Shown here: positions 28,401-40,400 of the stretch, one piece after another
Layout of the letters: every line of letters begins with the position of its first letter
Numbering within the stretch: position 1 is the first letter of the stretch
Origin: Phoronis australis
Taxonomy: Eukaryota > Animalia > Phoronida
Reading direction: 5' to 3'
Length of the DNA stretch: 64,000 nucleotides
NCBI GenBank assembly: GCA_002633005.1
Contig: NMRA01000136.1
Span: 542,967 to 606,966, forward strand
The notes under the pieces: generated by a model
Databases searched by the model: none
The model's input: only the letters and a program-made list of their open reading frames with translations
Told to the model about the DNA's origin: nothing
Program-made: the position numbers and the translations under genes

Positions 28401-31400
28401 AAGAAGAACATTAAAACTATTACACGATTTTATACCACAATAATAGCGTCGACTGGTCAATACAACCGTGTAATAGCCCATTTAGTTATCTCTCTTGTAA
28501 GCTAACATTTTGGCGGGAAACCCAGGCCTCAAGAGTTTCGAGTCGCCGACTTTACCACTAGACCACTCAGCGGCTGACGTCATCGAACGTGAAAATACTG
28601 TACTTAAATGAGCACCCGCAACAATCGCATGTTCAGCAAAGGGCTTTGCACCGACATTTATACGCTATGGAAAATAAGACGCATAATTTCCATAAAAACG
28701 ATATTTTAATTCAGTGTTCTCTCACTTGTAAATCACCGATCTCCAATTTGAATGATGGTATCGTGTCGTCGGGATCCTTTGACTTGAGCATTATACTCAG
28801 TTACTAGTGGTAACCTACTTTAGCAGACGATATTTTCCCGGTCGAAGCTTAGCGTGATAAAATGTGTAGTAAGCTATAATAGTTGCTAAACTTTAATTTA
28901 TAGATTCACTTTATTTCTATTTTGTTTAATTTTCAATTGGTTTTGAGTAAAAGCATTATTTGACAAAAATAGCTCGGCTTTTCTTAAAAGGTCACTGCTT
29001 TAACGCCCCGAGGGTGATAATTCTACAAAATCCATGAGGGCTCTAGATAACGACTTCGCCATGTAATAATCTATATTTAGCTAGCGGCCTTACAAACCAG
29101 CAACGTAAGTCAGCACGAAATATAATCGAATGGTAGCTGAGAGTGTTGAATTATAAACACACGAACTGCTATTAAAAGATTTACATCTGCGTCTACCGGT
29201 AGTATCTGTCGACCCCTTATGTAAATAAATGAAATTTTACTTGCACTTTAATTCCTGTTTTGCTTCTTTACACAGGCTACAAAGATTACGTCCACCCAGG
29301 TGTCAGTCATCTGTACCAATCAGCCGCGTTCAGGTTCGGTCACACCATTGTACCGCCGGGATTTTACAGACGGTAAATACCAGGATTGGTTGGCATCAGT
29401 GTTTTGAATAATTAGCTTTTATTCAACAATTGAGAAAACACTCCTCACTTTACGTGAAAATCTATTTTGCATACCTGATGGATGCTAGCTATTTGCCGAT
29501 GTTAGATGGCTGAAAAGTTAATGGTTACCCATGGTTACATGTAGATATCCGGAATGTTGTTGAAAAAAGTTTTTACTGTAGATGCCAAAAGTATCTGTCA
29601 TTTCGTATTTGTCTAATCACCTTTTGATCATATACTTCAGTGACGCAAAGTGCAATTTCTACACAACGACCGAGAAGACGCACGAGCCTGGCGGATATCC
29701 AGCTGTCAGAATGTGCAACACTTGGTTCCACGGTGACGTGAGTACCAACTGACTTTTTTGTAAATAAGCGGACACTTCACATTACAAAGAACAATAGATT
29801 GTGTAATTGCAGTCATCCAAAGCAGAATGAAAGCAACCAAATGAAGAACATGCATCTATATTCTCCAGCCAACTGGTGGCATGATTAACAAATATTCCAC
29901 TAATTGCATACCGTAAAAAGGTCAGGGGGGACGGAAATTTCCGGCAAATGACGGCCGGTTGTTGGGAAGGTTTCGTTTCTTACAGGATGGCAACACTGCA
30001 GCTTCCCTCTACGTCTTCGTTGCTCATACGTTAATAAAAATGGATTTGTTCTAAATTTAACATCAGGGTTTTATTTTATTTTAATTCTTTGAAGTGGAAG
30101 TACTTCCATTTATGAGTATGATTGCATCAGAGGTCACTCGCGTCTTGTGACCAGCCGTTCAAGGTAGACCTTTTTCACACATTCCCACAAGAATTTTACT
30201 TGGCCTTATCTTACGCTAGTAACATGTTGTCCATTTTAGAAACGATCACCTAAACCATGTGGCATTTTGTATCTAGGCCCATTGCAGATTTCCATCTAAA
30301 ACATAAAAATTGAACAGAGGCGATAGCCACTTACAGGAGTCTCGGATTTTGAGAACCAGTTTGTTACCCAGTTGAGGAAATTGGTTTACAAAACGCGAGA
30401 CCGCTGTTAGTAACTATTACCTGAACATAAGTGAAATGTTAGATATTGCTCTAAAACTCCTAAAATCTTTGTACTTCAAATGGAAATCAGTAAAGAGAGG
30501 ATTGTGATACTATAACAACTACAAGTACAACCACCGAAGTGATTTAGTCTGCTGTTCTTGTTGTTCATCCATATCCATACTATTGGTGGAACTACTTTAA
30601 AAGCGCCTGTCAGAAGGACATTGATCTATGAAAATGTTAATGACAATATTGTTGCAAAAAGTAAATTATTTTTACATTTACAGGAGGCGTTTGAATACGG
30701 CCTAGAACCACTATTACTTGGAATGGCATCTCAAATCACTGAACGCGAAGATCACGTATTGAACGAGGATGTGAGGGGTATGCATACACATTTAAAAAAT
30801 TAGTTCCAGCATTACGACTTTTGTCAAAAACTCATTTACATCAGTTTCATTTCGTCTGCAGCGGAAACAAATACACTCATGTCATTTGCAATTGCTTTTT
30901 TGAAGGTAAAGTCTTTGGCCCTCTACAACATTCGCGAAGAGATTTAACTGCACTGAATATCAAGAGAGGTCGGGACAATGGCTTCTTAGACTACAACACG
31001 GCTAGGAAATTGCTGGGACTGAAGCCAAAAACAAACTTTTCTGACATCAATCCGTGGCTGTACGCCAGAGACCCAGAGGTATTGTTATGTTTTTGACGCC
31101 ACTATTGCAAAGTGGCTTATTGCTTAATGAAAATATTTATTTTAACCATTATATGGTAATTCCTCCAGTATTTTTAGACCGTTTATCGAATAAAAGTGAC
31201 TACATGATGGACTTATTAGATTATTGAATGCCATATTTAGGAAAAATCGAATAGGCGATATTCGAATATTCTTGAGTAGACCTACTGACATTAGACTCTC
31301 ATGATTGCTCGTTCGAAGGCTTGTCGTTTAGGTCCTACGATTGTGCCTGATTCTAATCATTGTGCTGGTAAGATTTTTAACGTCACAGTTGAGCACGTGC

Positions 31401-34400
31401 TATTTTATGAGTTCAAGTACGTTGCAATTTTGCGGAAAGCCGCGGAAACTCTGCAATGCCACATTATTGAATGATTATACTAAAAGTGAGTACTTGAGGA
31501 TACTATGTGGAATACATTTCCTGGCAACCCTCGAACTATAGCGCAGACTCTTCACTGCGTTTTGATATCCCGAAAATAACTCGGTCAAAACGCCAACTGA
31601 AGCCATTTGTCACCGAATACATTTCAAAAGTAATGACGAAAAATCCTCTGTCCTATCAACATTAACCCTTCATGGAAAATCAATACTTTTATTAGCATTT
31701 GGAATCGAAGTATCACAGAAACAACTTTTATCTATCGGACTGTACCGGTGACACTCGAGTTTTATTTTCCGAATTCACTTAGCTTATCGATAGAATCCCT
31801 GGTTGCGAATAAAAAGACGACAAAGTAGGTAAGGGGTCTGTATGCAACACACACAAGATTTTTGCAATACGTATACTAGCAAGCAATCTGCGTGACAGAT
31901 GCCTAAATAATAACTTTACTACAGACAAACACGGCATGTCGAATACAATAAATTAATACGACATCAATTTTCGGTTTCAGAGGTGTTCATTTGCTCATAT
32001 AGAACTATTTGGAAATATGTTTTTACTTATCCAATTAGTCAATTTGACCCTTAGCATTTACCCAATAGTGCAAAATCCAGGAATTTTCCTTAAAAACGTT
32101 TATTGTGATGTCTGACTGGCAATTGTATTGTTAAATTTTGCCATGAAGGTTGAGTGTTTAAAATGCATTCAGGTTTGATATACCTCGTAAGTAATTGTAT
32201 ATGCAGCAGTACTGAAATCTAATTTACCTGTTAAATTTTTAATTTTATCTTTTCCGAGCACGAGCATCAGATTTATGAACACAAAAATAATTTCGTCCTT
32301 CTCTCAAAATGCTTCCCAATACATTTGTAATGTCGTCAGGTGGTTTAAGCTACGTATACTTTTACACAATTTAAAAATATTTTCGTCATCATGTGTAAGG
32401 ACACAGTATTTCTGAGAATTTAGGGAAGACTCAAACTTCCTCGAAATCACCTGATCTACATGTCCTTCTGCTTGCTTGCTTTCTATTCACTCAAGATACT
32501 GTTCACACATTTCAGGCTTTCACAAGGCTCAGTTCAGCATACGACGGCAACATCAACAATGTAGACATCTTTGTTGGCGGCTTGTTTGAGAGCACGCAGG
32601 AAGGTCCAGGGGAGCTATTCAAACTGATCATCAGAGACCAGTTTACGAGATTTCGAGACGGGGATAGATTCTGGTTCGAAAATAAGATAAATGAGTAGGT
32701 TTTTATGAACGAGATAGCGTTTTTCACAAAGCGATGCTAACAAAATTTTCATTGTCATTTTACGGTTGGGAGGAGAGATGTCATACAAAAATGACAGCAG
32801 AATGGCTGTCATCTCCAGCAACACCGTCAATAGACGCTAGATATACGATTTCGAAATATCCTTTCGATTTAAAGGTACCCCAAGTTGCCAGAAGTTCAGT
32901 TTATCACAGACACATGTACGAGTAAACAGATACGATGTACATGTATTCAAAAGCAACTTCCTAGCAGACGCTGGTTTGTGTGACATTTTCGGATCCTGGG
33001 TAAGAGGACTGTTGCTCACTATCCGGAAAAGTTGTCAAAAAGGGGATCGGTGACATTTTCACGAAAGACGTCGCTCTATTCAGTTGGCGGCTAGTCTTTC
33101 ACATATGGCACATCACATTTACAAAATACCGCGAAAAATGGGTGATGAGGCTGGATCTCGCGAGATCATATCGGTTCGTATACGCGCCAAATAAACCGCA
33201 GAAAAACGTTTCGTCACTGTTTTAATTTGAATGAGAATTGTAGCAGTTAGGACTAAGTTCTTAAAAATGGTAATTATAATACTTGTAGATGAGAAAATCC
33301 GTATTTGTCGACTCGTTTACGTATCAAAATAAAGACTTATCTCCCTTGTCATGCATACTCGGGGAATTCCCTGTCAATGGAATCCCCACATGCAAATGGC
33401 GGAGTAGGCTAAGCACTGCGAGCAAAATCCCGAGTCTCCAAGTAAATAAGTGATCTTGAAATTCTTGATTTACGTGCCCTGGTGTTTAATGGACGATTTC
33501 CACAATATGTTGCGCACCTCACCCTTGAAAAAACAATAACTTTAATAAATGGTGTCTCCTCGTTTCAGATTCTTCACTGACGAAGAACTTGAAGAAATCT
33601 ACAACACGACGCTTTATTCTATTATCTTGGACACGACAAGTATCAAACCTGGGGATATACAAGAGAACGTGTTCTTTTGGAAGGAAGGTTTGCATAATTT
33701 AATATGTGGGAATGCGATTGCGGTGGGTGAATTTTGGGACAGCTTATCATTTTTGGAGAGCTTTATTTTTTCTACTATGAGACATTTTAGACGAGTTGAA
33801 GGAACAATCAAACAGACGCTGATATACAGTTTCTATTATTTCATGTTCACGCCACAGATCGTTTATTTAAATTTAGACATTACCACCAACCAAGTACCGG
33901 TAACTTGCTTTCTTTTCAGGCGACCCCTGTGAGCAGCCGAAGCAACTTAATGGCTCTGATCTCAGCGAGTGTAACGCCAACAAAGGTCATGACTTTTTTA
34001 GCGGAAGTGAAACTGGTTTCATCGTTATAGTTCTTGGAATATTTATATTTATAATCGGTTCGTATTCGACTACATCACTTTTCCTATACTTAATTTGTCC
34101 CAGTATAAGAAACATTTATAAAGCAATAGCCGTTACGTAGGAACATGACTGTGTCCTATAACTCTTGACTCGCGAAACTCTTTTTGCGATAAGACTATTC
34201 TGAGTGCAAACGTTAACCTAGTATTTTCTCAGATAACGTCCACAACCACTTTCAAGGGCACTTGTAAGGTCGCAAACCTAGACGCAAAACCAGCAAGAAC
34301 TAATGCGATAAGCTAGTTAGTAATTCAGAGTGTTTAGACATTGTTTTCTATCATGAAACCAAACGTTCCAGATTTGCATTGTAACCACGTGCAGCAGTGG

Positions 34401-37400
34401 CCATCTTGCAAAGGTGCACAATTTAATAAGACAGAGAGGTTGGCAGGTAAACGTACTCTGGCGAGATCTAGGGTAACGTTACTTGCAGGATAATAGGCTA
34501 ATTGAAAGGACCTTCATTGCTTCGCGCAGGTCTGCCTCTTGTGACATTTACTATAGTGCTGCACTCGACACAATGGCCGAGTGCTGCAATATAGACTTTA
34601 TACATCGCCAAATATTGTCAGTTGGGCAAAAATACGTGCCGGCGTTCATAGCAAAGAATTGTAGCACTGGACACATATTATCGCTCCAAGGGGGAGACAG
34701 TATGTGTCGAGTACATATGCTGTCTTATTGTGATGTCACATATTGTCCCCTGCTAACAGATTATCTTTAGCAAAATATACCTGTATACATGTAGACCAAC
34801 GCAGGGGTCTGATTGCAGAGTTCGAGTAAGGGACTGACCAAAAGTTGCGAAAAGCAAGACGGGTCTTGTGTAGCTCAAATGTTCCAGTTTGCAAAATCAG
34901 CACTCCTGCAAGCGAGACTGACATGAGGGGTGGTTATCGTCAACAACTATCTCCTAAATCTTCCCCTTGTTCAATTTGCTGCAACCTCATTTCGGGCTTT
35001 CTTACAATTTCCTGGACCTCGCCCTGGCTCTAAATTCGCCTATTTGCCAAAAAACCCTGATAAGCAGAAAACCTTTCAGGAAACTTGGGGACAATATGTT
35101 CCGGTGTTAAGTGCACATATTGTCGCGCCCGACACATAATGTCACTGCGCGACAATGTGTGCCAAGATTTTTGTCACAGCACAGCTCCGCATGCTACTTC
35201 AGTTAGGTGCTAATATTTCTAGATAATAACTCACATCCCCTGCGTTTTAGGTTCTTTCTTGGTTCCCGTAATCGTGCTCAAGTTGAGGTTTATCTTACGC
35301 CGAGGTCGCTTCAGATCCTGGGAGCATTCCACTGTGTTCAACGCAAGCACTGCAGAGAAACATTTCACATCGGAGGAAGATGAAGGTTGGTTATACTTGT
35401 GTATTTTCTTGGTTACTGGTTCTTGAAACTTTGGAAAGTTGATGAAGTCATAAAGAAGACTGGCCTTATAAAAGTTTACTGTAACTCAATCGTAGCATCA
35501 ATCATCTGATCAGGAAAGAGTGATGTCAAAGCATAGGCGGGTTTACGTGGATGAGGCAAGGCGTTCGCTCGCACAACAGGCACAACCACAAAAACAACGC
35601 CATTGCCTTGTCGCTTTTAGCGCTTACATTGTACCTGGACATTTACCTGTCGGAAGTAGAAATAACCCAAACGCAAAAATGTTAATGACCACGGCGATGC
35701 GTGTCGATGGGGAAGAGCTTTATTCCATCGACCTCCTTGTGCCCATCCGTGGCCACGCCGGTGAGAGTGATATTTTTATAACAGATGTGTTAAAACCAAA
35801 CATCCCGTCGTATTTGAAAACCACCATTTTCTTCGTGCTTTGACACTCTTATTATCCATAATAGCACCATGTAAGGAACTGATTGGCCGCTTCAATTGCT
35901 AAATGGATTTTTTTAATTTTTGATGTTTTCTATTTAGCGTTGGGTGGAACTTAAAACTCGTAGAATACAAGATTTTTGCTTCAAGGCGGAATGTGTAGCG
36001 CATGCTTAGCGCGTTCAACATTAAAACCCTTGATTAGTATTCCTTTCCAGCGCTAGCAGGAGTTATTAAAATTTAGTACGAGTTGTGACGCAAAATCGCC
36101 TTTTCAGAATCGAATTATATTTTTTCACAGTCATTGAGTATCACGACAAGGGTAAATGGCGACATGTGAGTGTCACGTTCCTTGAAGCAGAAAGTTCTAT
36201 TGTCATTCAAGACAAGTGTGGCAATATTCTGAGAAACATAAATCTGGGCAGCACAGACATGATTGTTCTTCAGCGANCAGAAACAACTTTTATCTATCGG
36301 ACTGTACCGGTGACACTCGAGTTTTATTTTCCGAATTCACTTAGCTTATCGATGGAATCCCTGGTTGCGAATAAAAAGACGACAAAGTAGCTAAGGGGTC
36401 TGTATGCAATACACACAAGATTTTTGCAATACGTATACTAGCAAGCAATCTGCGTGACAGATGCCTAAATAATAACTTTAGTACAGACAAACACTGCATG
36501 TCGAATACAATAAATTAATACGACATCAATTTTCGGTTTCAGAGGTGTTCATTTGCTCATATAGAACTATTTGGAAATATGTTTTTACTTACCCAATTAG
36601 TCAATTTGACCCTTAGCATTTACCCAATAGTGCAAAATCCAGGAATTTTCCTTAAAAACGTTTATTGTGATGTCTGACTGGCAATTGTATTGTTAGATTT
36701 TGCCATGAAGGTTGAGTGTTTAAAATGCATTCAAGTTTGATATACCTCGTAAGTAATTGTACATGCAGCAGTACTGAAATCTATTTTACCTGTTAAATTT
36801 GTTAATTGTGTCTTTTCTGAACACGAGCATCAGATTTATGAACAAAAAATAATTTCGTCCTTCTCTCAAAATGCTTCCCAAATACATTTGTAATGTCGTC
36901 AGGTGGTTTAAGCTACATATACTTTTACACAATTTAAAGATATTTTCGTCATCATGGGTAAGGATACAGTATTTCTGACAATTAAGGGAAGGCTCAAACT
37001 TCCTCGAAATCACCTGATCTACATGTCCTTCTGCTTGCTTTCTATTCACTCAAGATACTGTTCACACATTTCAGGCTTTCACAAGACTCAGTTCAGTATA
37101 CGACGGCAACATCAATAACGTGGACATCTTTGTTGGCGGCTTGTTTGAGAGCACGCAGGAAGGTCCAGGGGAGCTATTCAAACTGATCATCAGAGACCAG
37201 TTTACGAGATTTCGAGACGGGGATAGATTCTGGTTCGAAAACAAGATAAACGAGTAGGTTTTTATGAACGAGACAGTGTTTTTCATGAAGCGTTGCTAAC
37301 AAAATTTTCATTGTCATTTTACGGTTGGGAGGAGAGATGTCATACAAAAATGACAGCAGAATGGCTGTCATCTCCAGCAACACCGACAGTAGTCACTAGA

Positions 37401-40400
37401 TATCCGATTTCGAAATATCCTTTCGATTTAAAGGTACCCCAAGTTACCAGAAGTTCAGTTTATCACAGACACATGTACGAGTAAACAGATACGATGTATT
37501 CAAAAGCAACTTCCTAGCAGACGCTGGTTTGTGTGACATTTTTGGATCCTGGGTAAGAGGACTGTTGCTCACTATCCGGAAAAGTTTTCACAATGGTGAT
37601 CGGTGACATTTTCACGAAAGACGTCGCTCTAGTCAGTTGGCGGTTAGTCTTTCACATGTGGCACATCACATTTACAAAATACCGCGAAAAACGGGTGATG
37701 AGGCTGGATCTCGCGAGATCATATAGGTTCGTATAATTACGCGCCAAATAAACCGCAGAAAAACGTTTCGTCACTGCTGTAATTTGAATGAAATTTGTAG
37801 CAGTTAGGACTAAGTTCTTTTCAAAATGGTAATTATAATACTTGTAGATGAGAAAATCCGTATTTGTCGACTCGTTTACGTATCAAAATAAAGACTTATC
37901 TCCCTTGTCATGCATACTCGGGGAATTCCCTGTCAATGGAATCCCCACATGCAAAATGCGGAGTAGGCTAAGCAGTGCGAGCAAAATTCCTAGTCTCCAA
38001 GTAAATAAGTGATCTTGAAATTCTTGATTTACGTGCCCTGGTGTTTAATGGACGATTTCCACAATATGTTGCGCACCCCACCCTTGAAAAAACAATAACT
38101 TTTATAAATGGTGTTTCCTCGTTTCAGATTCTTCACTGACGAAGAACTTGAAGAAATCTACAACACGACGCTTTATTCTATTATCTTGGACACGACAAGT
38201 ATCAAACCCGGGGATATACAAGAGAACGTGTTCTTTTGGAAGGAAGGTTTGCATAATTTAATATGTGGGAATGCGATTGCGGTGGGTGAATTTTGGGACA
38301 GCTTATCATTTTTAGGAGAGCTTTATTTTCTCTACTGTCAGACATTTTAGACGAGTTGAAGGAACAATCAAACAGACTCTGGTATACAGTTTCTATCATT
38401 TCATGCTCACGCCACAGATCGTTTACGGTCGCGCAGTCATCTTTCAAACTGGTGGACGGCTTCAAGTGTTGCACTGAACCAAAAACCCATTAAAATTTAG
38501 ACATTACCACCAACCACGTACCGGTAACTTGTTTTCTTTTCAGGAGACCCCTGTGAGCAGCCGAAGCAACTGAATGGCTCTGACCTCAGCGAGTGTAACG
38601 CCAACAAAGGTCATGACTACTTTAGCGGAAGTGAAACTGGTTTCATCGTTATAGTTCTTGGAATATTTATATTTATAATCGGTTCGTGTTCGACTACATC
38701 ACTTTTCCTATACTTAATTTGTCCAAGTGTAAGAAACGTTTATAAAGCAATAGCCGTTACGTAGGAACATGACTGTGTCCTATAACTCGATCTTGACTCG
38801 CGAAACTCTATTTGAGATAAGACTATTCTGAGTGCAAGGTTAACCTAGTATTTTCTCATATAACGTCCACAACCACTTTCAAGGGCTCATGTAAGGTCGC
38901 AAACCTAGACGCAAAACCAGCAAGAACTTATGCGATACGCTAGTTAGTAATTCAGAATGTTTAGACATTGTTTTCTATCATGAAACCAAACGTTCCAGAT
39001 TAGCAGTGTAACCACGCGCAGCAGTAGTCATCTTGCAAAGGTGCACAATTTAATAAGACAGAGAGGTTGGCAGGTTAACCTACTCTGGCGAGATCTAGGG
39101 TAACGTTACTTGCAGGATAATAGGCTAATTGAAAGGACCTTCATTGCTTCGCGCAGGTCTGCCTCTTGTGACATTTACTATAGTGCTGCACTCGACACAC
39201 TGGCCGAGTGCTGCAAACATCGCCAAATATTGTCAGTTGGGCAACAATACGTGCCGGCGTTCATAGCAAAGAATTGTAGCACTGGACACATATTATCGCT
39301 CCAAGGGGGAGACAGTATGTGTCGAGTACATATGCTGTCTTATTTTGATGTCACATATTGCCCCCTCCTAAGAGATTATCTTTAGCAAAATATGCCTGTA
39401 TACATGTAGACCAACGCAGGGGTCTGACTGCAGAGTTCGAGTAAGGGGCTGACCAAAAGTTGCGAAAAGCAAGACGGGTCTTGTGTAGCGCAAATGTTCC
39501 AGTTTGCAAAATCAGCACTCCTGCAAGCGAGACTGACATGAGGGGTGGTTATCGTCAACAACCATCTCCTAAATCTTCCCCTTGTTCAATTTGCTGCAAC
39601 CTCATTTCGGGCTTTCTTACAATTTCCTGGACCTCGCCCTGGCTCTAGATTCGCCTATTTGCCAAAAACCCTGATCAGCAGAAAACCTTTCAGGAAACTT
39701 GGAGACAATATGTTCCACTGTTAAGTGCACATATTGTCGCGCCCGACACATAATGTCACTGCGCGACAATATGTGCCAAGTGAGACGATTTTTGTCACAG
39801 CACAGCTCCACATGCTGCTTCAGTTAGGGGCTAATATTTCGAGATAATAACTCACATCCCCTGCGTTTTAGGTTGTTTCTTGGTTCCCGTAATCGTGCTC
39901 AAGTTGAAGTTTATCTTACGCCGAGGTCGCTTCAGATCCTGGGAGCATTCTACTGTGATCAACGCAAGCACTGCAGAGAAACATTTCACATCAGAAGATG
40001 GTGAAGGTTGGTTACACTTGTGTGTTTTCTTGGTTACTGGTTCTTGAAACTTTGGAAAGTTGATAAAGTCATAAAGAAGACTGGCCATATAAAAGTTTAC
40101 TGTAACTCAATCGTATCATCAAACATCTGATCAGGAAACAGTGATGTCAAAGCATAGGCGGGTTTACGTGGAGGAGGCAAGGCGTTCGCTCGCACAACAG
40201 GCACAACAACAAAAACAACGCCATCGCCATGTCGCTTTTAACGCTTACATTGTACCTGGACATTTACCTGTAGGAAGTAGAAATGACCCAAACGCAAAAA
40301 TGTTAATGACCACGGCGATGCGTGTCGATGGGGAAGAGCTTTATTCCATCGACCTCTTTGTGCCCCTCCGTGGCCAAGCCGGTGAGAGTGATATTTTAAT

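Noticed and set aside
32512-32727. Minus-strand ORFs conserved between the duplicated copies (also 37071-37286)
   Set aside because: Antisense shadows of DUOX exon 12.
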